Shown: in pieces, positions 1 to 7,479 of the stretch
Numbering within the stretch: the first letter of the stretch is position 1
Layout of the letters: the number at the start of each line of letters is the position of its first letter
Sequence record: NC_049853.1
Origin: Escherichia phage Henu8
Reading direction: 5' to 3' (one strand)
DNA length: 49,890 nt
Notes under the pieces: model-generated
Databases searched by the model: none
What the model was told of the DNA's origin: nothing
The model's input: the letters and a program-made list of their open reading frames with translations, nothing else
Made by a program: the position numbers and the translations under genes

Positions 1-180
1 CGCAATCATTGACAATCATGGTTGGATCTGCAAAGGCAGCGCCGCATTCATGATCCATATCCATTTCACCAAGCGCATCATCAAGCGTCCTGATCTTATA
101 TGCCACTTCAAGCGCGGCCTCTTTATTCAGTCCGGCATCTTCTGCTTTTTGCAGTCGCTCAAAAAAACCGTCTTGACTCA
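1..180 (-). CDS. hypothetical protein, partial (C-terminus beyond window start)
   Basis: Minus-strand ATG at 180 preceded by AAGGAG SD (revcomp of 184-189); open frame runs to window edge; N-term MSQDGFFERLQKAEDAGL... Confidence 0.45.
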
Positions 181-290
181 TCTAATAAACTCCTTAATAA
201 CAGCAATAATAATTACAAGCCCAGCAGTAAAAACAAGCAAACCCACAAGGCCAATCATAACACCAAATAAAATATCAAGCGTCTTAATCA
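177..290 (-). CDS. small hydrophobic peptide (37 aa, single predicted TM)
   Basis: Minus ATG at 290, translation MIKTLDILFGVMIGLVGLLVFTAGLVIIIAVIKEFIR; stop TGA overlaps ATG of downstream gene (ATGA coupling); below ORF-track size cutoff. Confidence 0.35.
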
Positions 291-303
291 TTTATTCACC
301 ATT

Positions 304-329
304 GATAAAACGGGAGGCGGCAACCTCCC
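304..329 (-). terminator. putative rho-independent terminator after gene 339..566
   Basis: GGGAGG-N6-CCTCCC hairpin followed on minus strand by GTTTTAT. Confidence 0.4.
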
Positions 330-338
330 ATTGATTAA

Positions 339-566
339 TCATACAGCCTTCCAGCTTTCAATAAACATGCTGTTTTCTTCCAGAAGTTTAATCAATTCTT
401 CGCGTGTATATTTGCGGATTTTACTACCAGGATGCGAGCCAACAACAAACACACCTTTACCACTCGTGATTGTTAACTGGTTGATTACGCAAGATTTATC
501 CATCTTAATGGCGACGCGGTGATGTGCATCAACAGTGTGCATTATGTTAGTGACTTTGGCTTTCAT
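339..566 (-). CDS. hypothetical protein (75 aa)
   Basis: ORF track; GAGGA SD 7 nt upstream of ATG; preceded by conserved promoter motif. Confidence 0.6.
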   Translation of the reverse strand: MKAKVTNIMHTVDAHHRVAIKMDKSCVINQLTITSGKGVFVVGSHPGSKIRKYTREELIKLLEENSMFIESWKAV

Positions 567-598
567 TATGCGATCCTCATTAGTTGTAGATGCGATTA

Positions 599-642
599 AT
601 ATACCAATCAGCAGCGCATCGTTTTTAACAAAAAGTGCTATT
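599..642 (-). promoter_or_regulatory. conserved phage promoter motif + -10 (TATATT)
   Basis: Minus-strand AATAGCACTTTTTGTTAAAAAC at 621-642 followed 16 nt downstream by TATATT; contains stop TAG of gene 638..928. Confidence 0.5.
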
Positions 643-928
643 CAACAACAGATCCAGTTAAAGAGATAAGCTGCCTTGTGATCTTGTGTCTGCGATACTG
701 GCGCGCAACAACCGGAAGATTTTCACCGCTTTGATGACCGAAGCAGATCGGCAACTCACCCTCAATAGAGCGGAATCCGCCAAATTCAAGATCCCGCACT
801 GGCTTTGAGCGCCACGCTTCAATAAATCCGCGTTCGTCACGCGTGATATAGCGGTATATGTTCGGGAGGGGCAATTGTATCCCCTCAAAATCCACGGTAT
901 CTGTATAGCTGTAAAACTTAGAACTCAT
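638..928 (-). CDS. hypothetical protein (96 aa)
   Basis: ORF 638..988 trimmed to internal ATG at 928 which has GGAG SD and overlaps stop of upstream small ORF. Confidence 0.5.
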   Translation of the reverse strand: MSSKFYSYTDTVDFEGIQLPLPNIYRYITRDERGFIEAWRSKPVRDLEFGGFRSIEGELPICFGHQSGENLPVVARQYRRHKITRQLISLTGSVVE

Positions 929-1070
929 AGTCAACAACTCCAAATTCGTTAACAATTTGCGCCTTATAGAAGCCGCCATTTTTCGCAAGGTTGTAGCAGG
1001 CCGCTACAGTTTCAAATTCGCGCACTTCAGGCTGGCTGTTTTCGTGTTCCCAGGTGATCAGAGTAACCAT
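918..1070 (-). CDS. hypothetical small protein (50 aa)
   Basis: Manual translation MVTLITWEHENSQPEVREFETVAACYNLAKNGGFYKAQIVNEFGVVDYEF; GAGGA SD 7 nt upstream; stop overlaps next start; not in ORF track (<60 aa). Confidence 0.45.
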   Translation of the reverse strand: MVTLITWEHENSQPEVREFETVAACYNLAKNGGFYKAQIVNEFGVVDYEF

Positions 1071-1103
1071 TTTCAAATCCTCGCATTCGTTGTCGATGTG
1101 TGT

Positions 1104-1150
1104 AATGTACAGGAATACGAGGATTGAGTTTTAACAAAAAGTGCTATTTA
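1104..1150 (-). promoter_or_regulatory. conserved phage promoter motif + -10 (TACATT)
   Basis: Minus-strand TAAATAGCACTTTTTGTTAAAAC (1128-1150) with stop TAA of gene 1148..1414 embedded; 18-nt spacer then TACATT. Confidence 0.45.
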
Positions 1151-1414
1151 GTCGATAAGTTCAATTTCTGGCAATCCGGTTGATGGATGCTTGACACAAA
1201 ATGCAAGCGGCTCATTGAACATGCCGCCATAGAATCCCAGCGCAGCCAGATCATCACCTTCAACGAATACCAGGTTTCCGCTACGGCTAACGTGCGACAC
1301 GTTGACGACAACCGGAAAATCACGGTTTTTAAATTCAGGGCGAAGGCCGTAACAACCACTATTTAGGAGCCTGGCCTTTCTTTTTACTGGAACAGGTGCA
1401 TTCATTTTAGCCAT
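1148..1414 (-). CDS. hypothetical protein (88 aa)
   Basis: ORF track; start overlaps stop of upstream gene (operon coupling). Confidence 0.6.
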   Translation of the reverse strand: MAKMNAPVPVKRKARLLNSGCYGLRPEFKNRDFPVVVNVSHVSRSGNLVFVEGDDLAALGFYGGMFNEPLAFCVKHPSTGLPEIELID

Positions 1415-1646
1415 GTTTAACCGCCTTCAAAACATCACATGATTCGTTAATAAATTTTGCCATGCGCTTATCATCACCAACAGGGATTAGCGCGTTAAAC
1501 TCGCGCTTGCTACTGAATACCGTCACTTTATGGAATGATGCGAACGGCATCGACGGGAACTCGACTGTTTGCGTCAAGATCCGCAATCCCATCTTTTTGG
1601 CCCTTACCTGGGCCTCGGCAAGTTCAAAATCCACTTCACTAATCAT
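1407..1646 (-). CDS. hypothetical protein (79 aa)
   Basis: ORF track; 4-nt overlap with upstream gene 1643..1915. Confidence 0.6.
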   Translation of the reverse strand: MISEVDFELAEAQVRAKKMGLRILTQTVEFPSMPFASFHKVTVFSSKREFNALIPVGDDKRMAKFINESCDVLKAVKHG

Positions 1647-1915
1647 TTCTTGATCTCCTCAGCAATAAACTTCAATACCTGGCGCAAGAAAACTTCGTTG
1701 TTGATAGTCGCTGGCAATTCTTCTTTCACTTCTTGCGGCAGGTAAACGTTGCCATGCCAGGTCAAGCAATCGTAGTTGATGCGATAAGAGCAAAGCCACT
1801 CGCAATCGTTATCCGCTTCCCAAATGCAGAGTTGCAGAACATCACCGAAATCCTCAACAGTCAGATCCAGACCGTGACGCTTTGCGAAGTTGAAAGTGGT
1901 TTTGCTGATGTTCAT
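1643..1915 (-). CDS. hypothetical protein (90 aa; Cys/Trp-rich)
   Basis: ORF 1643..1954 trimmed to ATG at 1915 (GGGGA SD 5 nt upstream); promoter motif immediately upstream. Confidence 0.5.
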   Translation of the reverse strand: MNISKTTFNFAKRHGLDLTVEDFGDVLQLCIWEADNDCEWLCSYRINYDCLTWHGNVYLPQEVKEELPATINNEVFLRQVLKFIAEEIKK

Positions 1916-1952
1916 TGCTGTCCCCTGAATGGTATCTCGTTTCGATGTGTGC

Positions 1953-1998
1953 ATTATGCCGAATCCAGTCAGGCACGTTTTAACAAAAAGTGCTATTT
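1953..1998 (-). promoter_or_regulatory. conserved phage promoter motif + -10 (CATAAT)
   Basis: Minus-strand AAATAGCACTTTTTGTTAAAAC at 1977-1998, 18-nt spacer, CATAAT (revcomp of 1953-1958). Confidence 0.5.
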
Positions 1999-2247
1999 CT
2001 CAACTGGCGATTATTCAAACTATTCCATTAATCAGGAATAACAGGAATAACTCATTCGCGATCACCTGGATTGTGAGACTTTGAGTTTGGTCAATTTTAA
2101 TCAGTTGATTAACTTTTTGTGTGGAGGGGATAGAGAAACGCGGCCCTCTTGCGTCCTTTCCGGCAATCCTGGCGCGCGCATCTGTTATTTCTGTTCCCTG
2201 CGTTATCGCAATCAAGCCTCCGCACTTTTAGATAACAGAATCGGCGT

Positions 2248-2470
2248 TCATCAACAAAAAGAACAAAATAAAATTTATATATATACCCATAAAATCAATA
2301 AGTTAGTTATATATGTATTTATATTTGTTATTTACTGTTGAGCTTGTTCTATGGGTATATGGTGGAGTGGTATTGTTTGTGGTGATATGTATGTGTGATT
2401 GTATATTTTTTAATCAATTGTGATGTGTGGTGATTTTTGTATGTATATATATAGGTATGGGGCAATCCTC
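2248..2470. repeat. TA/TG-rich element, copy A (homologous to 31921-32150)
   Basis: Shared blocks CAAAAAG.AACAA.AATA, ATATATATAC, AAATCAATAAGTTAG, GGTGATTTTT; many GTGAT/TGTGA units; sits in a ~590-bp region without a convincing ORF. Confidence 0.55.
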
Positions 2471-2585
2471 CGTCAACCAAGTCAACAAGGTCATTTTTAA
2501 CAGAAAAACCAATTACTTAACTGAAGCATTTTGTTATCTTTAAACGCGCCACATTCCAAAAATTGTTATTAAAACACAAAATATA

Positions 2586-2614
2586 TTGACATGTATGAAA
2601 GGCAAGGCAATAAT
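2586..2614 (+). promoter_or_regulatory. sigma70-like promoter (TTGACA-17-AATAAT)
   Basis: TTGACA at 2586-2591, 17-nt spacer, AATAAT at 2609-2614, upstream of first plus-strand gene. Confidence 0.5.
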
Positions 2615-2650
2615 GCATCCAGTTTAAACGCAACAAAAGGAGTAGACGCC

Positions 2651-3121
2651 ATGAGCGAAGAAAATATTAGCACCATGTCGCGTAGTGAGTTCTGCGATAT
2701 GCTTCGCAGCCTTGGCGCGGCAATTGGTAGCGGCGAGCGTAACAATGTATTCATGCCAGCACTTTTCTTGTGCGCTAACGTGGAGAACGGCGACGCAATT
2801 ACAGCATCGTACATGCGCCAGGTTGTCAACCGTGTGCCAGAAGTAAAGCAAAAAGGCGTGATCAGCATTAAGCGAAAGGTGACTGATGAGGGTGATGGCT
2901 TTGTGTTTACGCTCACTGAAGCCAAAAGCAAGCCTCGCGTGCTGACTGGAGACGATATAGCGAAACTTGAAATCAAGTGGCGAGCAAAGTTTATTGCTCA
3001 ACTTCTGAAAACTCAGCCGAGAATCAGCGATCTTGAAGGCGAGCGCCTGGAGGGTGCGGCAATCGCACTTGAGCGAATGAATGAAATGCTTAACGAGATG
3101 GTAAAGATGGGGGATGAATAA
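2651..3121 (+). CDS. hypothetical early protein (156 aa)
   Basis: ORF 2591..3121 trimmed to ATG 2651 with AAGGAG SD; the 2591 ATG lies inside the promoter -35. Confidence 0.6.
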   Translation: MSEENISTMSRSEFCDMLRSLGAAIGSGERNNVFMPALFLCANVENGDAITASYMRQVVNRVPEVKQKGVISIKRKVTDEGDGFVFTLTEAKSKPRVLTGDDIAKLEIKWRAKFIAQLLKTQPRISDLEGERLEGAAIALERMNEMLNEMVKMGDE

Positions 3122-3381
3122 TGAATAAGGCATTAATTGGAGTTTTGGTTGCAATCGCTACCCTGACCGGATGCGAAAAGGCATCTGAATCAACAGTTGT
3201 CGTAGGCGTGAGGTCGGATTTTAAAGTCGGTCGCCTGTTTACTGTTGATGGATGCACTGCGTACCGATTCTATGACAACGGTCGAGCAATCTATTACACC
3301 AATTGTAATGGCGCAACGGATAGCACATACCGGAGCGGCAAAAACGTAATGCACCAACAAGTCACAACAGATGTTAAATAG
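3121..3381 (+). CDS. putative lipoprotein (86 aa)
   Basis: N-terminus MNKALIGVLVAIATLTGC = signal peptide plus lipobox (LTGC); GGGGGA SD. Confidence 0.6.
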   Translation: MNKALIGVLVAIATLTGCEKASESTVVVGVRSDFKVGRLFTVDGCTAYRFYDNGRAIYYTNCNGATDSTYRSGKNVMHQQVTTDVK

Positions 3382-3421
3382 CACTTTTTGTTAAAACGCC
3401 AGGTGCAAATCCTGGCATAAT
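3376..3421 (+). promoter_or_regulatory. conserved phage promoter motif + -10 (CATAAT)
   Basis: AAATAGCACTTTTTGTTAAAAC (stop TAG embedded), 18-nt spacer holding inverted repeat GCCAGG..CCTGGC, then CATAAT at 3416-3421. Confidence 0.55.
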
Positions 3422-3453
3422 AGCCTCATCGAAACGAGATTGAGGAAAACAAA

Positions 3454-3639
3454 ATGGCACGTCGCATCACCAAAGACCTTAAAGTCCTGAACAAAGAAAA
3501 CGTAGTTAAAATCCTGGTCATCTGGGGATACAACGAAGAAACAGCAAAGCAGAAGGTAGAGGCAGGTTATGACCTGGCTGTAAAAGCAATGCCAAACGAC
3601 GACGCCAAAGGCATTGCAAACTATGTGGCTTTCTTTTAA
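3454..3639 (+). CDS. hypothetical protein (61 aa)
   Basis: ORF track; GAGGAAA SD. Confidence 0.55.
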   Translation: MARRITKDLKVLNKENVVKILVIWGYNEETAKQKVEAGYDLAVKAMPNDDAKGIANYVAFF

Positions 3640-3654
3640 TTAGCGGGTGAATAA

Positions 3655-3840
3655 ATGAAAACGAAATTAGTCCATAAATCAGAAATCAAGATCGGCGATA
3701 CTGTGATTCACAACGGCGAGCTTAGAACTGTTGGCAAAGAGTCAATAAGCCACGATGAATTTATGGGGATCTTGTTGTTCGGTGACTCTTATCGGTTGGG
3801 CTATAAAATGGTTGAGCTTGTGGAAGAGGTCAAATTCTAA
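3655..3840 (+). CDS. hypothetical protein (61 aa)
   Basis: ORF track; stop TAA directly abuts promoter motif. Confidence 0.55.
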   Translation: MKTKLVHKSEIKIGDTVIHNGELRTVGKESISHDEFMGILLFGDSYRLGYKMVELVEEVKF

Positions 3841-3884
3841 ATAGCACTTTTTGTTAAAACGCCAATCTAAAAACCTGGCATAAT
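3841..3884 (+). promoter_or_regulatory. conserved phage promoter motif + -10 (CATAAT)
   Basis: ATAGCACTTTTTGTTAAAAC at 3841-3860, 18-nt spacer, CATAAT 3879-3884; followed by conserved leader ACATAGGGCGGC. Confidence 0.55.
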
Positions 3885-3925
3885 GCATCACATAGGGCGG
3901 CACGGGCCGCAGTAACGAGGATAAT

Positions 3926-4111
3926 ATGATGAAATGCTTCACCACAAAAACAGAATGCGAAACCTATATCAAAGCCCAATATGGGGAATGTGCCTTTCAG
4001 GTTGGCGTAATATTCGCCTATCGCGTCAAGCCAATCGAAGCGAAGGCTTTTGGCGACCTGGTTGAAGGTTCATACATGGCCAGTAACGAGTTCGACGAGG
4101 TAACGCGTTGA
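3926..4111 (+). CDS. hypothetical protein (61 aa)
   Basis: ORF track; GAGGA SD. Confidence 0.55.
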   Translation: MMKCFTTKTECETYIKAQYGECAFQVGVIFAYRVKPIEAKAFGDLVEGSYMASNEFDEVTR

Positions 4112-4320
4112 TGAACTACATCCCAAAATGCCTCAGGGGGACACCTAAGGCAAAAACGAAGCCGCGCAGGCAGGCGATAAAGGAAGCCCAAGTGGCGGCG
4201 TTCAATCAGGCAATTAGCGTCGTGCTGGACAAGTGCCGAATTGAAAAATCTGAAAGGATGAAAGCGAACATGTACGCCGCAGTAAGCGAAATAGCGCGAC
4301 TGCGAGACAGTGTTAAATAG
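4108..4320 (+). CDS. hypothetical basic protein (70 aa)
   Basis: ORF track; ATGA overlap with upstream gene. Confidence 0.55.
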   Translation: MMNYIPKCLRGTPKAKTKPRRQAIKEAQVAAFNQAISVVLDKCRIEKSERMKANMYAAVSEIARLRDSVK

Positions 4321-4378
4321 CCAACCATGCCCCACTTCACGTTGGGCCAATAACTAATAACAGAGGTAAAATTCTGAA

Positions 4379-4422
4379 TAGCATTTTTTGTTAAAACTCA
4401 AAAACGATAACCAGGCATAATA
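4379..4422 (+). promoter_or_regulatory. conserved phage promoter motif + -10 (CATAAT)
   Basis: ATAGCATTTTTTGTTAAAAC at 4379-4398, 18-nt spacer, CATAAT 4417-4422; followed by leader ACATAGGGCGGC. Confidence 0.55.
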
Positions 4423-4474
4423 AATAACATAGGGCGGCGCGGCGTCGCCCACAAAACCAATCAGGAGAAACACC

Positions 4475-5362
4475 ATGTTAAAACTTGCTAACATTAAATT
4501 TCCGATCACCTTCGAATCTCGCGGCGTTGGTCACTTCATGTTTTCCGACGAAAATACATGCACTAAGTTTAACGAATACGGCAAGCCTGATGTTTCAACA
4601 ATGGAGATTGAGAACTTCATTGATGCGCATAACAAGCACTACAACTCACTCAAAGACTACGCCTACGCAATGCCAGGCTATACATGTTTCCACTACAAGC
4701 CATATAAAGGCCAGGTGCTTCCAGTTCGCTCACCAGAACGCGCAGAGATTCATACGGTCGAGATGAAAACCTGCGACTACAAGAAATTGTGGTGCTTAAA
4801 CGTGGATAATATCAAGTATCCGATTGTTTTTCATTGTGGCGGTTCAACAATCAGGTACACATCTCGCGACAATGGCGTTTATAGCGATGGTCAGAAATCC
4901 GAGTTGAAAGTTGATTTCTTTGTTAATGGTCATAACAAATTCAATCCACACAACGAAAAAGATAAGGTGTATTACGTGGAAGATATTACAAAACACTTGT
5001 TTGGAGAAACTCCATTCGGCGGCGGAAAGACGTCAATTCAACAAATCATTGGCGAGGAGATCCACAAGGCAGCCGTTAAAATGAAAGCGCCTGGAGGCTG
5101 GCGTATTGACAAGAGCGCCTTTGCCTATCAAGAAATCGTAACTCAGGGCGCAATTGAACATATGCCAGTTGCAGCCACGCTAAAAGGCGTCCAAATTGCT
5201 GATGGCGCATGGTTTGAATTAACGGCAAAACCAAAGACGATCGAGATTCATGATGACGTTGTTATTCTTCTTCTTCACTATGGCAGCGCGAAAAGCCGGA
5301 CGGTTGCAGGAGAGATCAGCATCAAGCGCGGAACGATGGTTAAGTGGAAGGTTAAAGTGTAA
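4475..5362 (+). CDS. hypothetical protein (295 aa)
   Basis: ORF track; AGGAGA SD; no motif recognised by eye. Confidence 0.65.
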   Translation: MLKLANIKFPITFESRGVGHFMFSDENTCTKFNEYGKPDVSTMEIENFIDAHNKHYNSLKDYAYAMPGYTCFHYKPYKGQVLPVRSPERAEIHTVEMKTCDYKKLWCLNVDNIKYPIVFHCGGSTIRYTSRDNGVYSDGQKSELKVDFFVNGHNKFNPHNEKDKVYYVEDITKHLFGETPFGGGKTSIQQIIGEEIHKAAVKMKAPGGWRIDKSAFAYQEIVTQGAIEHMPVAATLKGVQIADGAWFELTAKPKTIEIHDDVVILLLHYGSAKSRTVAGEISIKRGTMVKWKVKV

Positions 5363-5405
5363 ATAGCACGAATTGTTAAAACTCAAATGTGGGGCCAGGT
5401 ATAAT
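5363..5405 (+). promoter_or_regulatory. conserved phage promoter motif (variant) + -10 (TATAAT)
   Basis: ATAGCACGAATTGTTAAAAC following stop TAA; 17-nt spacer; TATAAT at 5400-5405. Confidence 0.5.
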
Positions 5406-5435
5406 GGCCTCACTTTCAACGAAGGGGATAAAGCG

Positions 5436-5681
5436 ATGATTATTGAACAGCATTTTCTTTGCGTTAAGAGCAATAGACCATTCTTCACGCCTGGAAAGAT
5501 GTACCAGGGCAAGAAGAATGGCAAGGACGGTCATTCTTATCACGTCCATTGCAATAACGGTAGCAAGTTCTACCTGAATGGATGCGGCGGCACTAAGATT
5601 ATGGCATTTGATCACGTAATTGCTGAATTTGAGCAAATCACCGACGCTGAATTTGAGGAAGTGAAAGATGGAAACAAATAA
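5436..5681 (+). CDS. hypothetical protein (81 aa)
   Basis: ORF 5373..5681 trimmed to ATG 5436 (AGGGGA SD; upstream ATG would sit inside promoter). Confidence 0.55.
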   Translation: MIIEQHFLCVKSNRPFFTPGKMYQGKKNGKDGHSYHVHCNNGSKFYLNGCGGTKIMAFDHVIAEFEQITDAEFEEVKDGNK

Positions 5682-5889
5682 GCGCGTTAAGCACAAGTTT
5701 ATTGATAATCATGGCGATGCACTTGAGGTATACAAGTTCGGCGATCGCGTGTTTATTGATGGCACGTTTCAAGGTGGAAGTATGCCGGATTTTAGGTCGA
5801 TACTCACCATTGACCAGGTGCGCAAGCTGGCGGATAAGTTAAATGATCTGGCAGATGAAATCGAATACAAGCAAATTCATTTTAATTGA
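5668..5889 (+). CDS. hypothetical protein (73 aa)
   Basis: ORF track; GAGGAAG SD; overlaps upstream gene. Confidence 0.55.
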   Translation: METNKRVKHKFIDNHGDALEVYKFGDRVFIDGTFQGGSMPDFRSILTIDQVRKLADKLNDLADEIEYKQIHFN

Positions 5890-5900
5890 TAGGTTTTATA

Positions 5901-6440
5901 ATGAAAAAATACGAATTTGAACTTTGGGGCAGTAAATACCATTTTTCCACGAGCAAGCCGATTGTTATCGTTGACCTGGACGGCACGTTATCAGACGGAA
6001 CGCATCGCTTGCACCTGCTTCCGAAAGAAGATTTGCACCTTACAGAAAGCTGGTCTGAGTTCAATAAGGCGGCTGTTGGCGATTCGCCGATTAAGAGCAC
6101 GGTTGCAGTGGTTAACGGTTTGTGGATGTCAGGATTTGCCATCGTTATCCTGACCGGACGCAGCGATGAAGTGATGGCTGACACCTGCGACTGGTTAAAT
6201 TATAACGGCATCAAGTACGATGCGTTAATCATGCGCCGCAAGGAAGACAACCGCAAAGACACAATCATCAAAGAAGAAGTATTGCGCGCTATCGGACTGG
6301 AAAACATTGTGTGCGCTTTTGATGATTCGCCGAACGTGGTTAAGCACTTCCGCAGCCTGGGAATCACAACCTATCAGGTCACGGAATACGACAAGCCACA
6401 TAATCATATCCAATCGCATGGCGTGGAGGAATTGAAATGA
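5901..6440 (+). CDS. HAD-superfamily phosphatase (polynucleotide 3'-phosphatase-like)
   Basis: N-terminal VIVDLDGTL (DxDGT HAD motif I), later GRS and terminal FDD motifs. Confidence 0.6.
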   Translation: MKKYEFELWGSKYHFSTSKPIVIVDLDGTLSDGTHRLHLLPKEDLHLTESWSEFNKAAVGDSPIKSTVAVVNGLWMSGFAIVILTGRSDEVMADTCDWLNYNGIKYDALIMRRKEDNRKDTIIKEEVLRAIGLENIVCAFDDSPNVVKHFRSLGITTYQVTEYDKPHNHIQSHGVEELK

Positions 6441-6622
6441 CCTGGTTACTTGTATTTTTAGTTGTTTTCTTTTATATTTCAGGATTATTCATCTTCCGCG
6501 CATTGGTTAAAGAGTGTGATTGCACTGATAAAGATCAGCCTCTTGTTCTGATGTTCTGGTTTGTGTGGTTTTGGGTGGCGCTTTACCAGATTGTACGGGA
6601 TGAAAGCGGCTTTAAGTGGTGA
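6437..6622 (+). CDS. small membrane protein (61 aa, two hydrophobic segments)
   Basis: ORF track; GGAGGA SD; LLVFLVVFFYISGLFIF and LVLMFWFVWFWVALY segments. Confidence 0.5.
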   Translation: MTWLLVFLVVFFYISGLFIFRALVKECDCTDKDQPLVLMFWFVWFWVALYQIVRDESGFKW

Positions 6623-6817
6623 TTCTTACTATAGCGCATTCATGCAGTGCGCTATGTTTGAGATAACAACATGAGATCATGAAGATGCGAAACTTCGAAA
6701 AAATCGTATCCAAAAAGAAGCGATACAGCTACCACGAGCACCAAGAGATGAATCAACGCTATCGCAATAAGCGCCAGCGCAAAGGTAAACATTACGGTAA
6801 ACATGGAGAAAATCAAT

Positions 6818-7408
6818 ATGAAACGCGACATTATCATTCTTAACGGACCGCCAGGAGTTGGCAAAGATACGCTTGCGGCATACTTAACGGGTCATCGTTA
6901 CGCAGCGGTTAAAGCGTCTTTTAAACAGCCTATGTTCGATATTGCATTCTCCATGCTTGGCGTTTACAGATATGACGAGTTCATTGATCTGTATAACGAC
7001 CGCGAGCAGAAAGAAAAGCCTCAAGCAATCTTGCAAGGCAAGTCTCCGCGACAATTCATGATCTGGATTAGTGAAGAAGTCATGAAGCCGGCTTTTGGCG
7101 AGCAATATTTTGGGAATCGCATGGTTGAGCAAGTACACGAGATGTACAGAGATTTGGCTGTTGTAATTAGCGATGGCGGATTCCCTGAAGAAATCAAGCC
7201 GCTCGTTAAGGCAGGCCATGAAGTTCACATTTGCCGACTGCATCGCGAAGGTTTCACGTTTGATGGCGATTCGCGAAACTATATTGACCTGAGCGGATAC
7301 CATCACCGCGTCAAGCATTACGACTTCACAATGACTGATGGCGAGCCAGAAAAGACTGTTGACGAGATCATCAAAACTGTCCAGTGGAAACACATTAAGA
7401 TCAAATAG
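6818..7408 (+). CDS. P-loop nucleotide kinase (dNMP kinase / polynucleotide kinase-like)
   Basis: Walker A GPPGVGKDT near N-terminus; GGAGA SD before ATG 6818 (trimmed from 6803). Confidence 0.6.
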   Translation: MKRDIIILNGPPGVGKDTLAAYLTGHRYAAVKASFKQPMFDIAFSMLGVYRYDEFIDLYNDREQKEKPQAILQGKSPRQFMIWISEEVMKPAFGEQYFGNRMVEQVHEMYRDLAVVISDGGFPEEIKPLVKAGHEVHICRLHREGFTFDGDSRNYIDLSGYHHRVKHYDFTMTDGEPEKTVDEIIKTVQWKHIKIK

Positions 7409-7448
7409 CACGAATTGCTAAAAGCGGGGCGCAATGCCTCGCTATAAT
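7405..7448 (+). promoter_or_regulatory. conserved phage promoter motif (variant) + -10 (TATAAT)
   Basis: AAATAGCACGAATTGCTAAAAG with embedded stop TAG; 18-nt spacer; TATAAT 7443-7448. Confidence 0.5.
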
Positions 7449-7479
7449 GCAAACACCAATCAACGAGAGGAATTGGAAC

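Noticed and set aside
50-522. Plus-strand ORFs 50..334 and 331..522 at the window start
   Set aside because: Overlap minus-strand genes that have proper SD sequences, operon coupling and promoter-motif context; the plus-strand reading has no ribosome-binding sites.
2015-2341. ORFs 2015..2215 (-) and 2081..2341 (+) in the left non-coding region
   Set aside because: No acceptable SD spacing (GGAGG only 1-2 nt from ATG for the minus ORF), low-complexity translations, and they overlap the TA/TG-rich repeat element; treated as non-coding regulatory DNA.
2340-2470. TG-rich repeats as a possible CRISPR array or tandem satellite
   Set aside because: No fixed-length direct repeats with regular spacers; the units (GTGAT, TGTGTG, TATATA) are short, irregular and low-complexity.
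6652-6864. Minus-strand hydrophobic ORF 6652..6864 and a plus-strand 54-aa basic ORF at about 6679-6843
   Set aside because: Both overlap the SD and start of the P-loop kinase gene and have weak or absent SD sequences; the region more likely holds the kinase 5' UTR and a hairpin.
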